Of a stretch of 64,000 nucleotides of DNA, positions 29,900-39,924 are shown in pieces. Numbering within the stretch: the stretch's first letter is position 1; each line of letters starts with the position of its first letter. The notes under the pieces were generated by a model. It made no database searches and was not told where the DNA came from. It saw nothing but the letters and a program-made list of their open reading frames with translations. This DNA comes from a virus: positions 51,812-115,811 of the IMG/VR virus record IMGVR_UViG_3300042090_003221; one strand, given 5' to 3'. Position numbers and translations under genes: made by a program.

Positions 29900-30168
29900 A
29901 GCGCGCCCCCGAACAGGTCGGGACCTCGCGGCGCCCCCTTGGTCACGACGTTGATGGCGTCCTCGATGACGCCGCGGAAGGCCTCCGGATAGACGGCGAA
30001 GCAATGGGAGCCCCGGCCGCTGGCCTTCGCGCGCAGCTCCTTGGCGGGGAGGCGGCCGTAGCGGTCGACGAAGCGGTCGCGCACCGCGGCGCCGACCGCC
30101 CATGTCAATTTCGGCTCGGGCTCAAGCCCCTTTGCCTTGAAGACGTCAATCACGGTGATGCGGGTCAC
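29896..30168 (-). CDS. Hypothetical protein
   Basis: Coupled at both ends by GTGA overlaps. Confidence 0.55.
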   Translation of the reverse strand: MTRITVIDVFKAKGLEPEPKLTWAVGAAVRDRFVDRYGRLPAKELRAKASGRGSHCFAVYPEAFRGVIEDAINVVTKGAPRGPDLFGGAL

Positions 30169-30632
30169 GCGCGCTCCAATGCGGTTGAGGGATAGAGGAC
30201 GAGCTCGACGCCGGCTTCGGCGAACATCGTGGCGCCGTGCGCGAACGTGTCGTTCCAACGCGGATTGTTGCTCGTGAGGGAAACGACGCGCTTAATGCCC
30301 GCCTGGATGATCAGGCCGGAGCAGTTGTTGCCGCCATCGGCGCCGCTGCAGGGCTGAAACGGCCAGGAATAGAGGGTGTAGCCGTGGAGCGACTCCCGCG
30401 CGGTGACGATCGCGTTCGCCTCAGCGTGGACGGTACGCGCGTACTTGGTCGCGCGCTCATCGTAGAGGTGAGAGTCGTCACAGCAACCCCGGGCAAATCC
30501 ATTGTACCCGACGCTCGCGACCGTGCGGTTCGGCCGCACGATGACGGCGCCGACCTGGGTTGAGGGGTCCTTCGAAGCTTCGGCCATGTATTTGGCGAGC
30601 CCGATGAAGAACGCATCCCACTCCGCGCTCAT
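30165..30632 (-). CDS. dCMP deaminase family protein
   Basis: SKDPSTQVGAVIV, GYNG, HAEANA, PC...C. Confidence 0.92.
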   Translation of the reverse strand: MSAEWDAFFIGLAKYMAEASKDPSTQVGAVIVRPNRTVASVGYNGFARGCCDDSHLYDERATKYARTVHAEANAIVTARESLHGYTLYSWPFQPCSGADGGNNCSGLIIQAGIKRVVSLTSNNPRWNDTFAHGATMFAEAGVELVLYPSTALERA

Positions 30633-30874
30633 GCCGCGACTCCGCGCTTGCGGAGCTCGTCGGACCCGACCGGGCGCCAGCCGTACAAGCCCGACATCGC
30701 GAACTCGCGCTCATCGCCGCTCTCGACGCAGTAGGCTTTGAAGAGGTATTGCGGGTCAGTGTGCCAGTCGTTCGCCCCGAACCGGAAGCTGCCCTCGATC
30801 ACGCGAACGATGCGTTTGCGGCGCTCCCCGCGCCAGTTCAGATAATCGATTTCGACATAGTCGCGGATATGCAT
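30629..30874 (-). CDS. Stand-alone WYL-domain protein
   Basis: IDYLNWRGE..KR.V ... QYLFKAYC...REF. Confidence 0.7.
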   Translation of the reverse strand: MHIRDYVEIDYLNWRGERRKRIVRVIEGSFRFGANDWHTDPQYLFKAYCVESGDEREFAMSGLYGWRPVGSDELRKRGVAA

Positions 30875-31405
30875 CAGGCGTTCCCTTCGCCGGTCTTGAG
30901 CCAATGGATTTCCAGGGCGTCGAGCAGGCGCTCGATGCGGTTGAGTTCGGCCAGCGCCTCGTCTTGCTCGTCGAGCAGAAGCGAGGCCTTTCCCTTGGAC
31001 AGCGCGACCTCGAGGTCGGTGCGGCGCGTTTTCAGCGACGCCACCGCGCCGCTCGGGACTCTCGGGATCCGACCCGCGGCTAGGGCGTCCAAGCCGTCAT
31101 CGAGCGCCAGCTTGACGGCATAGTGCATCGGGGACGGGAACCTCATTGGACGGCCTCGCGATCGTCGTGATGGTCGGGCTCGGCGGGCTCCGGCGCCGGC
31201 GGCGGGAGCGGCGGGAGACCAATGACCGGGCTCGCCAGAGCGCGGTTGCTGAGGCGCATAGGCGTCGCCTTCGACCGAACGGTGAACGCCACGATCTGCT
31301 CCTCAAGCGCGTCGTCGACGATCACGGCGCGCAAATCGTTCATCGCCGTTCTGCGGGCAGCCAGATTGTCAATCGAGCGCCGCACCTCATCACGGAAGGA
31401 ATTGC

Positions 31406-31981
31406 TCATGCGCCGATTCCTCTGATCAGGGCCTTCAGCTCAGCGAACTTCGCCGGCGAGATCGGCACAGGCTTGGGCTTGGTCAGCGCCGGGGCATCGA
31501 GCAGCTGGCCGATGCGGCACAGCTCGCCGCGGGGCTCGACTTCGAGCTCACGCGCCCGCACGTACAGGTCGCCCGCGGACGGCCGCCACCGGCCATGTTT
31601 GCCCTGCCGGTACTCCCTCGCGGCCGCCTGGAGCGACGCCAGCGTGAGCCCGTCGAGGTCCTCGAGATCCTGACGCACCAGCGCCAGCGCCTCGTCGGGG
31701 TTCGTCACGGTCTGCGACGGCATGCCCCCCAAGGTCGCCAGCACGACCGCAATCTCCTTGCGCGACGCCGGGTAGAGCGCGGCCGTAAGAGCCTGTCGGC
31801 GGGCCTGCAGCGCCGCGAGCGCGGTGGCGGGGATAACCTCGCGGTGCAGCGAACCGTCAGCGAGCGCCGACAACCCAGCCGTCAACGCAGCCCGAACCTC
31901 CAGCGGCATGATCGCGGGGAGGGTCGGAGTCGCCGCTGGCCGCACCGTCGTCTTCACTTTGGTCAGTTGGTTCGTCGTCAT
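31406..31981 (-). CDS. Protein downstream of the replication initiator (possible helicase loader/inhibitor)
   Basis: Position; LQAAAREYRQG..WRPSAGDL motif. Confidence 0.5.
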   Translation of the reverse strand: MTTNQLTKVKTTVRPAATPTLPAIMPLEVRAALTAGLSALADGSLHREVIPATALAALQARRQALTAALYPASRKEIAVVLATLGGMPSQTVTNPDEALALVRQDLEDLDGLTLASLQAAAREYRQGKHGRWRPSAGDLYVRARELEVEPRGELCRIGQLLDAPALTKPKPVPISPAKFAELKALIRGIGA

Positions 31982-32738
31982 CGGAGGCGGCTTCCATCAG
32001 GGCTTGCATGCGGGGCGAGAGGGGGGCGTCGCGTGGCGGCGGCCGGGCGGACGGGGGCGGGATCCGCAGCGGCCCCGTGCTCGCCGGTGCGTCCTCCCAG
32101 CGACGCTGGTTGAGGAACGTCGCCGGGTTAAGCCAAGGTCGATCGGGGGGCTTGTCGCGGACGTAGGCGGCGACGCCGGTCATGATCGCGTCGATCTCGT
32201 CGGCGTGCCGGGAGAACGCGCGCTCCGCTACCGGACGCCCGACCTTGTTCGGCCACGCTTTCCAGAACCGAGAGAACGCGAGGCGCGCTTGCGCGATTTT
32301 CTCTGATACTACGCTAGTAGTATCTAGCCCTTGAGAAGATGGCAGAGGTTCGCTTGGTTTTTGCTGATGCTCTTGCTTTGGCGGATCGTTAGCTTTTGCT
32401 AGAAGCGCCTCTTTTGTTTTCAGAGCTTTAGCGTTACCACCACGCGAACCACACTCGGCTCTTGCCTCCGCCTTCGAGAGGGCCTTAGCCCTCTCCATTT
32501 CGAGACGAGAATTGACCCAATCCGCGGTGAAGAACTCCTGCAGAACGGGCTTCGACGCGCTCCACTGCCGGTCCGTCATGCGGGCGATGCGGGCGAGAAA
32601 ACGGTCCTCTTTCGGCAGGCTCCCCTTCTGCCAATAGTGCATGAGAAGGTGCAGATACGCGCCGCTCTCGGCCGCGTTCAGGTGCGTGGTCGCCGAGAGG
32701 TAGTCGGCGACGTACAGGGGCATATACGGCGGGCTCAT
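31857..32738 (-). CDS. Phage replication initiator (YdaU/DUF1376-type N-terminus)
   Basis: YMPLYVADYLSATTHLNAAESGAYLHLLMHYW; C-terminal FWKAWPNK...PATFLNQRRWED. Confidence 0.85.
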   Translation of the reverse strand: MSPPYMPLYVADYLSATTHLNAAESGAYLHLLMHYWQKGSLPKEDRFLARIARMTDRQWSASKPVLQEFFTADWVNSRLEMERAKALSKAEARAECGSRGGNAKALKTKEALLAKANDPPKQEHQQKPSEPLPSSQGLDTTSVVSEKIAQARLAFSRFWKAWPNKVGRPVAERAFSRHADEIDAIMTGVAAYVRDKPPDRPWLNPATFLNQRRWEDAPASTGPLRIPPPSARPPPRDAPLSPRMQALMEAASDDDEPTDQSEDDGAASGDSDPPRDHAAGGSGCVDGWVVGAR

Positions 32739-33175
32739 GCGAGTGTCGCCTCTATGCCGAATTCCGCGCCGACGGCGTCTAGAGCCCAATCTTCGGGTTT
32801 GCCGGCGGCGATAAAATATTGAACCGCCTCGCGCGGCGACATGCACCAGACTTCAACAGCCTCGATGCATACGATTCCCTCAGCTTCGCATGAGAGGCCA
32901 ATTGGGTCGGCGAAGAACCACTCTCCGCAGACACGGAAGCGGTCGAGCTCGGTGTGGAGCGTCCGCTCTAATCCTGCAGCAAGCGCGCGCGACGGCGCGG
33001 CCCAAGCCTCGTTGAGTTGAAGTCGATAAGGGCTTGCCGTCTGCAGGGTGGCGAGCCGAGATTTCACATTCGCGCTCACGCCAATCTTGAACATGCGCGC
33101 GCTGGAATTGAGGTCGATCGGCGCGCCCGGCGGCGCCGGCGCGTCTGACTCGATCAGGTAGACGTAGCAGCTCAT
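32735..33175 (-). CDS. GIY-YIG family (T5orf172/MUG113-like) protein
   Basis: YVYLI...KIGVS...RLATLQTASP...E..LH...GEWF. Confidence 0.85.
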   Translation of the reverse strand: MSCYVYLIESDAPAPPGAPIDLNSSARMFKIGVSANVKSRLATLQTASPYRLQLNEAWAAPSRALAAGLERTLHTELDRFRVCGEWFFADPIGLSCEAEGIVCIEAVEVWCMSPREAVQYFIAAGKPEDWALDAVGAEFGIEATLA

Positions 33176-33798
33176 GGCTTCTCGCCTCCTAGGACCGCGC
33201 CCATGATCGTCTCGACCTCGGCGAGCAGCTCGGCGTCGACCTTGATCGCCGCCTCGATCCGGCGGAATCCATGTAAGATCGTTGTGTGATCGCGATCTCC
33301 GAAGGCCCACCCTATCGTCGGTAGCGAGTGGGTCGTGAGGCGTCGGGCTAGATACATCGCGACATGACGAGGGCGAATGATTTTCAAGGTTCTGCGCTGG
33401 CCAATCAGGTCGGTGCGGGAGACGTAATAGAAGCTGCAGCAAGCCCTGATGATGAACGCGATTGACGGCTCGCCCAGATGCGATAGCGGGGCGCGCACCA
33501 TCACCTCCAGGCGCTCGATCGGCGTCAGGATCGACGGCGGCAAAGCGGTGGACTTGGCGATCGGCAGATCAGCCGTGGGCGCACGCACGGGCGTGGGCGA
33601 CCTGCGCGGCCATACGCGAGCCTCTGGCGGGACGTCGTCACGCTCCCTGCGCGCCACGGTCATCGCGACGCGGTAGACGCCAGCGGCCCGCGCGGCCTTA
33701 CGGTAGGCCGCCCACTCGGCTAAGCTGGCGCCGGCGCGCGGCGGAGCGATCACGCAGGGCGGGTTGACCTCTGAGGGGTCGATATACAGCGCGAGCAT
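33172..33798 (-). CDS. DnaA domain-IV-like DNA-binding protein
   Basis: RHVAMYLARRLTTHSLPTIGWAFGDRDHTTILHG. Confidence 0.85.
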   Translation of the reverse strand: MLALYIDPSEVNPPCVIAPPRAGASLAEWAAYRKAARAAGVYRVAMTVARRERDDVPPEARVWPRRSPTPVRAPTADLPIAKSTALPPSILTPIERLEVMVRAPLSHLGEPSIAFIIRACCSFYYVSRTDLIGQRRTLKIIRPRHVAMYLARRLTTHSLPTIGWAFGDRDHTTILHGFRRIEAAIKVDAELLAEVETIMGAVLGGEKP

Positions 33799-33802
33799 GG
33801 CG

Positions 33803-34150
33803 TCACGCCTCGCCGATCGAGATTTGGCGGCGCCGCTTCGCGCTGACTGGCGCTGGGCGGTCCTCGCCGGCGACGAATTGGCTGCAGGCCTTGGCGTGAT
33901 GCGGGACCGCGCGGCCGGCGATGCCTTGGGCGAGGCTCGTGCGCCTGTGGCAGCGCTTGGGCTCCAGCTCGCCGCCGGCGACCGCGGGCTCATAGCCAAA
34001 ATTGCCGCGCCCCCAATGCGAGCACTCGCGGCACGTATGCGGCGAGCCCGGAATCGCGAACGACGCCTGTCCGGCAAATGTCGCTTTGAGCCACGCGTTG
34101 ACCTCCGGCGCATGGGCGTGGGTCAGGCCCTCCGTGAGGAGCTCCTTCAT
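33803..34150 (-). CDS. Cys-rich hypothetical protein
   Basis: GQASFA...TCRECSHW...ACSQF. Confidence 0.55.
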   Translation of the reverse strand: MKELLTEGLTHAHAPEVNAWLKATFAGQASFAIPGSPHTCRECSHWGRGNFGYEPAVAGGELEPKRCHRRTSLAQGIAGRAVPHHAKACSQFVAGEDRPAPVSAKRRRQISIGEA

Positions 34151-34755
34151 TTCCCGACCCCTATTAGCCAGCGAAGCTGCGTGCATCCCGGCGGCGGAGG
34201 CGGCGCGAGCTTGTCCCAGACCAGCCACAACCAATCCGCGGATCCGCCTTCGGCCTTGTTGCCGGCGAGCAGGTATTCGCCGGGAGGGCACGAAATGCGC
34301 GGCGTCACGATCCAGGCGCGGTGCGGCGTGAGCTCGGAATAGAGCCCGCCGGCGCGGTCTGCGCCGGCCAGGAACCGGATATCGAGGAACATCGCGATCT
34401 TGCCGGCTGCGAGCTTGTGCGCCTGACGGATGAAGGCCTCGGCGCCCTTGGCGCGATAGAAAGGCGGGTTGCAGACGATATTCGGGGCGAGCTCGGCGCC
34501 GTCGGCGAGAAAGTCTCGCTCGCCGACGAACCACGGCTCGTTGGTGCGGCGCTTGATGTCGGTTCCGACGACGTCGTAGCCGGCGCGCGTCGCGGCTTCC
34601 ATGATGTTTCCGCCGCCGCAAGAAGGATCCCAGATAGCTCCGGAGAAGCGCTCGACTGCGAACAGGGCGTCGCTGGCGCATTGCCCCTCGACATACCAAT
34701 CTAAGGGGTCGCGCTCGAAAACCTTCGCATTGAGATCGCGGGTCGGCGCGTTCAT
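34147..34755 (-). CDS. SAM-dependent (N6-adenine-type) DNA methyltransferase
   Basis: IWDPSCGGG; IVCNPPF. Confidence 0.8.
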   Translation of the reverse strand: MNAPTRDLNAKVFERDPLDWYVEGQCASDALFAVERFSGAIWDPSCGGGNIMEAATRAGYDVVGTDIKRRTNEPWFVGERDFLADGAELAPNIVCNPPFYRAKGAEAFIRQAHKLAAGKIAMFLDIRFLAGADRAGGLYSELTPHRAWIVTPRISCPPGEYLLAGNKAEGGSADWLWLVWDKLAPPPPPGCTQLRWLIGVGK

Positions 34756-35114
34756 TTCGGCGCTCCAACCACGCGCCAGACCACTTCCAGGGCGCCCCGG
34801 CCCGGGCCTGATCTCCAGGCGTGGAATTCGACATCGCCGCGCTCGCGAAGCCTGTGCAGCATGCGCCGCGCCCCATGAGCCTTGATCCCGAGCAGGGGCG
34901 CGAGATCGCTCGCGGTTTGCGGGCAGGACCGGAGCGCGTCGATGGCCTTCACCTCGCGGCAAACGTGCGGCGGGACAATGGAGATGCTGTACATGCGCAG
35001 CAGCTTGCGATGGACACTGCCGGGGCGGACGCCCAGGATTGGCGCGAGAGCGACATAGCTCGCTCCGTTAGCGAGCATTTCGCTGATGCTTTCAGGCAAC
35101 GTTTGCGTGGACAT
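34752..35114 (-). CDS. HTH-containing protein
   Basis: Two HTH-like segments (LAPILGV.., TASDLAPLLGI..). Confidence 0.55.
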   Translation of the reverse strand: MSTQTLPESISEMLANGASYVALAPILGVRPGSVHRKLLRMYSISIVPPHVCREVKAIDALRSCPQTASDLAPLLGIKAHGARRMLHRLRERGDVEFHAWRSGPGRGALEVVWRVVGAPK

Positions 35115-35135
35115 AGCTCACCGGGTCTCTTGTGA

Positions 35136-35495
35136 TTAGTGGGCGGCCGTCGACGAGCTCGCGTCCGAGGCCTCAACCAGCTTGCGGCGCTCGTCGCCCG
35201 TTAGCCTGACGAGCGTGGCCGATGCAGCGGTCGCGTATTCAATCAAAGACCTGAGCCGCTCCCCTCGGGGCGCCCGCTCTCCGCCGCTTACGACGGAAAT
35301 CATTCGCTCCACGGCGAGCGGCTCGAGCGCGCGGGTGCGGTCGGCGTACTGCCTTGCGAGCGTGTTCGCGGCGGCTCTGGCCTGCGTGAGCAGGAAATCT
35401 AGCTGCGCACCCTTGGGAGCGTGCTTGTCTCCTCCGGACACGATCGAGATCATGGATTTCACGGCGGAGGCTTGGCTGGACAGGGACGTCGTCAC
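35136..35495 (-). CDS. Hypothetical protein with an internal two-fold repeat
   Basis: MISIVSGGDKHAPKG.. and MISVVSGGERAPRG.. Confidence 0.55.
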   Translation of the reverse strand: MTTSLSSQASAVKSMISIVSGGDKHAPKGAQLDFLLTQARAAANTLARQYADRTRALEPLAVERMISVVSGGERAPRGERLRSLIEYATAASATLVRLTGDERRKLVEASDASSSTAAH

Positions 35496-35866
35496 AACAC
35501 GATCTCCTCGATTTTTACGCCGTGGTAGAGCTCGATCGCCTTGCGCCGGAGCTTGTAATAGGGGTCCTTCGCCGTCCCGTCGGACTTGACCTCTTCGAGG
35601 ACGTAGCGCGCCTTGGCGTGATCGAAATATTTGAAGTCGACCGTGAGCGAGCAGAGCAGCGCGGTTCCAATAAACGCTTTCAGCTCATGCTGCGGCTCCA
35701 GCTCGGAGATCTCGCCGATGCGCTGGCGAAGCTTCAGCGTTGCAAAGACGGACGCCTCCATGGCGCTATCAAAGACGATCCCGTCGACGGTGCGCGCCTC
35801 AACCTTGGCGACGCCGTAGCGGCCGCGCTTGGGTTTGTCTGACGGGAGGCGGACGGGGATAGCCAT
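35492..35866 (-). CDS. DUF1064-like PD-(D/E)XK nuclease
   Basis: TVDGIVFDS..EA; VDFKY; EEVK. Confidence 0.8.
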   Translation of the reverse strand: MAIPVRLPSDKPKRGRYGVAKVEARTVDGIVFDSAMEASVFATLKLRQRIGEISELEPQHELKAFIGTALLCSLTVDFKYFDHAKARYVLEEVKSDGTAKDPYYKLRRKAIELYHGVKIEEIVL

Positions 35867-35869
35867 GAC

Positions 35870-36628
35870 TTAGCCCGCAGCCAAGAGAGGCGACTTCACC
35901 CAATCCCACTTTGCGCGATCGGCCTTGATCTGCGCATAGTTGGTCGGGTGCTGCGCCGCGAAGTCAGGCATGTGCGGGCCAGCGACGTAGCCTTCCGGCG
36001 TCTTCGTCAGCCAGCCGAGACGCGCCTCTGTCCAGCGGCCCGGGTCGACGCCGGCGGAGCGAAAATCAGATCGCGTAATCGGCCGCGTCTCTAGCAGGAC
36101 CGCCAGCTTGATCGCCTGGATCTTCCAGTGCGTGAGTTGGACCGGGGCCGAGGCGCCGGCGGCGACGTCGGGGACATAGTCCGGCAGAACGTGACGCTTC
36201 ACCGGCGCCCATTCGTGCCAATCGTAGAACGGGCCGTTCCTGTCGCCGGGGAGCGATGGGCTGAAGAAAAACGGAAAGCGGGAGTTCCTGTCGCGACGCA
36301 GTGAGATCACCGTGATCCCAAGCGCGTGGCAGATCGGCGCGAGATCATTTTCGCACGCATAGCCCGGGACGAGCACGGCACGAAAATCGGGGCCGACGAC
36401 CCCATGGGAGTAGCGCTCCGGCAGCGCCTGCGCGACAACCTTGTTGTTGAGGCGGAGCTTGGCCTCGATGCCGACCTGCGCGCCGTCAGCGCGGACGGCA
36501 AGAATGTCCCACCCAGCGGTTTCCGCGAAGAAGCGCCAGCCCGAATACCGGTCACGCTTCGCGGCCTCAATGAAGGCGGCGCAGAGCTCGGACTCGAGCT
36601 CGAACCGCGGCTCCTTGTCGGCCATCAC
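35870..36628 (-). CDS. Hypothetical protein with a PD-(D/E)XK-like motif
   Basis: E...WDIL...GIEAK. Confidence 0.55.
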   Translation of the reverse strand: MMADKEPRFELESELCAAFIEAAKRDRYSGWRFFAETAGWDILAVRADGAQVGIEAKLRLNNKVVAQALPERYSHGVVGPDFRAVLVPGYACENDLAPICHALGITVISLRRDRNSRFPFFFSPSLPGDRNGPFYDWHEWAPVKRHVLPDYVPDVAAGASAPVQLTHWKIQAIKLAVLLETRPITRSDFRSAGVDPGRWTEARLGWLTKTPEGYVAGPHMPDFAAQHPTNYAQIKADRAKWDWVKSPLLAAG

Positions 36629-36933
36629 GAGGAACCCAGCGCCGCCAAGTAGAGATCGATCAGGGTCTCTTCCTCGGTCCGCTCGGACGGGTCCTTCGCC
36701 CGGATGCGGACGACCGCCTTGAGGATTTTGGGATCGAAGCCGTTGCCTTTGGCCTCGGCGTAGACCTCTTTGATGTCCTCGCCGAGCGCCTTGCGCTCTT
36801 CGTGCAAGCGCTCAATCCGCTCGACGTATGAGCGGAGGTGACCGGAGTTGATCTCATCGGTCGCTTCGGGCGCTTCGGGCGCCTGCACCCGTGCGCGTTG
36901 CATGTCGTGTGCCATCTCGACGTGTGTCATCAC
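36625..36933 (-). CDS. GapR/DUF2312 (UPF0335) family nucleoid-associated protein
   Basis: [35 protein letters not shown]. Confidence 0.9.
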   Translation of the reverse strand: MMTHVEMAHDMQRARVQAPEAPEATDEINSGHLRSYVERIERLHEERKALGEDIKEVYAEAKGNGFDPKILKAVVRIRAKDPSERTEEETLIDLYLAALGSS

Positions 36934-37039
36934 CTTGACCCGTAAGCGGAAGGAATGGACGGGTCGGCAGCCGTAGCCACCAACCCGCCGCGCGCCCCGT
37001 CGAATGCTCTCGCACCGCCGGTAACTTTGATCTCAAAGG

Positions 37040-37498
37040 TCATTCGCTAGCTCTTTCTCCAGCGCGGCCTGAAGCGTCGCCTGCGCTGTCGATCGCATCC
37101 GCTCCGCTTTCGAGCGCAGCGGCGACAGCGCCGAGAGCCTTATCGAGCGCACCCGCCGTGCCATCCATCGCATCAGCCAAGACAAGTACGATCTTGGCGA
37201 TGGCGGTGCGTGGGGTGATTTCGACGGGCATTCTGCCGGCTTTTTTTTGTTTGCCATAAGCCAATCCGAGTTTCACAAAGTCGGCTGTGTCGACTTTTTT
37301 TGGTGGGTTGTAGTTGAGGGCCTTCAGGGTAGCGAAGCTGACCCCAAACTTGCGGGACACGCGGCGCATGGCGTTCCCGTAGTCGCCAGCCCGCACCATG
37401 TCGCCAAGCGTCAGCGCCTTGGCGAAGTCTGATGCATCGTCCACATATGCGCTTGCGCCAGTCATAGGTTCATGACTCCGGTTAATTTTTTCCTGCAT
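37040..37498 (-). CDS. Hypothetical regulator at the CII position
   Basis: HTH-like AMRRVSRKFGVSFATLKAL; downstream of cro. Confidence 0.45.
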   Translation of the reverse strand: MQEKINRSHEPMTGASAYVDDASDFAKALTLGDMVRAGDYGNAMRRVSRKFGVSFATLKALNYNPPKKVDTADFVKLGLAYGKQKKAGRMPVEITPRTAIAKIVLVLADAMDGTAGALDKALGAVAAALESGADAIDSAGDASGRAGERASE

Positions 37499-38200
37499 TA
37501 GGAATTGCCCTCATGCCAAACAACCAATATGAGGGAACAGGATGACGCAGACCAAGACTTGAGCTTCACCCGACTGTGTTACTGGACCTGGGCCGTCGTG
37601 AAGAAATCCAACGCCGCCCGTCGCGCGCCAACGCGTCAGGCCGCAACTCAATCAGTCAAACCTAGCGTGATCGCTGCGAATTTCGCCAAACAGAACATCG
37701 CAGGACCAGCCGATAACCGCGCCAACGGTCTCGGAAATCCTGACGGAAAACAGACAGCCGAGAAAGAGGGCTGCGTTGCCGACGAGCCAGCCGGCCGCCA
37801 TGTCGATTAGCGTGTTCATGGGAGACCCTGATGATGAGGAAAGAGGCGGCGCTGATGAGAGCAGCGCCGCCAGTGAACGCGGGCCTGGGAGGCATGGCTC
37901 GCGTTGTTCATGCCCGCGCCCCATCGGGGATTAGGCGGGCTTCAATGCGTAGGAGGGCGTGGCCGGCGATAGCCCGCAGCCGTGCGCGATCTGGGCCGTC
38001 CGTCGGGAGGCCAGCCACTGCGAAATCGATGCGGCCCGCCTCGGGATTGGGAAACACGGCGACTGCCGACAAGCCAGTCACGTTGCGCAGGAACTGCTGA
38101 TATTCAGCGTCGGACGGAGAGGATGACGGGCTCATGCCCCCGTGAGAGATGGCGTAATCGCGGATGAAGGTCAGCGCGGCGTGCTGGCGCGGAGTCATGG

Positions 38201-38437
38201 TCAGGCGGCCTTGCCGCTATTAGCGCGCTCGGCGAACCTTGCCGAGTGCATCCGCACAAGGGCGTCGTATGCTCCAAACACGGAGCCGCGCCGATCACCC
38301 TCAGCGGCAATGGCCTGCCAGTATTTCGGCGGGATCGAGTCCCGCGCCTTCATCGTGCGAACATGGCTGCCGGGGATCGACAGAATTTTCGCGAGCGGCT
38401 CAATGCCGATTTCGTCAATGACGTCTTTGAAGGTCAT
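38201..38437 (-). CDS. Cro-like repressor
   Basis: Divergent from the repressor; LAKILSIPGSHVRTMKARDSIPPKYW. Confidence 0.75.
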   Translation of the reverse strand: MTFKDVIDEIGIEPLAKILSIPGSHVRTMKARDSIPPKYWQAIAAEGDRRGSVFGAYDALVRMHSARFAERANSGKAA

Positions 38438-38443
38438 TTTGCA

Positions 38444-38509
38444 TCGCTACAACGGGTAGCGACAGAAGTCAACACGGCACGTAGCGATTTTGACGCTACA
38501 CTAGGTAGC
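38444..38509. promoter_or_regulatory. OR-like operators GCTAC-N5-GTAGC
   Basis: TCGCTAC-AACGG-GTAGCGA (38444-38462), GCTAC-ACTAG-GTAGC (38495-38509), half-site GTAGCGA at 38481. Confidence 0.75.
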
Positions 38510-39037
38510 ATGGATGCGGGCGGGAAATTGCGAAGAGAGCAGGGCGCACGGCTTCGTCTGGCGCGCGAGGCAGCGGGCTTTAAGTCGGCGCGCGCCGCGG
38601 CTATGGCAAACGATTGGGCGGAAAGCTCATATCGAGCGCACGAGTCCGGCACGCGCACAATAGGACAGGACGACGCCGAAGCCTATGCCCGAAGGTTTAG
38701 AGCGAGCGGCGCGGATGTCTCGGCAAGCGAGATTTTGTTCGGTGGGCGCGGCACATCGCAAGTCCGGCGCGGCGCCCCCGCCACGGGGGGCGCTGGCAAT
38801 AGCGATGACGCCGACCAGTTGACGCCCGATCACATCGAGATGGCCGTGAACCTTTCGGCGTACATGCTGGAGACGCAGGTGAGTGCGAAGATTGCTGAGG
38901 CATGGCGCGAGCTTGTTCGAGAAGCAGCTCGCAACAGAGAAAGCAATCAACGTCTACAAGATCAATTGGCCCATCAGAAAGAATCCGCCGCAAAGCGCGA
39001 TCCTGCAAAATCAGCGTTGCGTTCCAAAGGTCGATAA
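38510..39037 (+). CDS. CI-like XRE repressor with no S24 peptidase domain
   Basis: RLRLAREAAGFKSARAAA...YRAHESGTR...ILFG. Confidence 0.8.
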   Translation: MDAGGKLRREQGARLRLAREAAGFKSARAAAMANDWAESSYRAHESGTRTIGQDDAEAYARRFRASGADVSASEILFGGRGTSQVRRGAPATGGAGNSDDADQLTPDHIEMAVNLSAYMLETQVSAKIAEAWRELVREAARNRESNQRLQDQLAHQKESAAKRDPAKSALRSKGR

Positions 39038-39353
39038 CTTTCACCCCCCCCCCCCCCGCACACACAAATCACGCCTCCGATGCAATGTTGATATGGCGAT
39101 TACGTAGTGGCCTCACGCTAATGTCGTCAATGTCCTAGAACATAGGCGGGATTGCCCGCTTTCTGTGGCCTGCGCTTCAAGCCTATGTTTTCACAGCAAT
39201 ATGCGTAGATGGGGTTCGATTATAATCGAAACACGGTTTGACCGAAGCGGTTAACATAACAAGCAAATAGTCAGTAAAAGATTGGCGGCTTTCAAGATGG
39301 GCGAGGAAAAGCCGGCCTCGCATGTGGCAAAACCGCGCATCAAGTGGTAAAAA

Positions 39354-39617
39354 ATGAGGAAATCGCCCATGCGGAGCGACGAGGGGTTTTTGGCAAAGCA
39401 TTGGACAAGGATTGGCGTCTTCGAAATAACTGATGTTTACCTAGCTGGGACGAGGTGTTACCGTCTTTATATAGACGAGACTTTGCTTGGAAACTATTTT
39501 GAATGGGCTGATGCCGTAAAAAGCATATCCCTGGGCGAGCGCGACGCTAAATTGGCGGAGCCGGGGAGGTCGCTAAACGTCCCGGCTCACTGGGGCGACT
39601 GGAACGACCTCAGATAG
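39354..39617 (+). CDS. Small low-GC protein in the immunity region
   Basis: AT-richer ORF downstream of cI. Confidence 0.5.
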   Translation: MRKSPMRSDEGFLAKHWTRIGVFEITDVYLAGTRCYRLYIDETLLGNYFEWADAVKSISLGERDAKLAEPGRSLNVPAHWGDWNDLR

Positions 39618-39848
39618 CACGCTGAGCGCGCCCGCAATCATTGCTGCGCTCGATGTCGTCAGCGAGACCTCGAAATCCTCGCCGCCAGCGCGGAATCCGA
39701 TAGTGACGCCTTCGGGGCAATCCCCCCAGACGGCGAACACCGAAGCGTCCAGGAATCTACCCGGCCGGAACGGCGCTGTGGCGAGCCCTGCAAGGCCCCC
39801 TGGGATGATCCTGCGGCGAGTTCTCATTCACACCCCTTGAAGCGTTGC

Positions 39849-39872
39849 AAGCGGCCTCCGGGCCGCTTTTTT
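39849..39872 (+). terminator. Intrinsic terminator
   Basis: AAGCGGCC-TCCG-GGCCGCTT followed by a T run. Confidence 0.7.
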
Positions 39873-39924
39873 GTTGCGGCCACGCCTCCCCTATAGCGGG
39901 TGAGCGGGGGAGGGGGAAGAAAAA

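Noticed and set aside
37033-37257. Programmed frameshift at the A8 run linking overlapping ORFs
   Set aside because: ORF 37040-37498 reads through intact; nothing supports the alternative frame.
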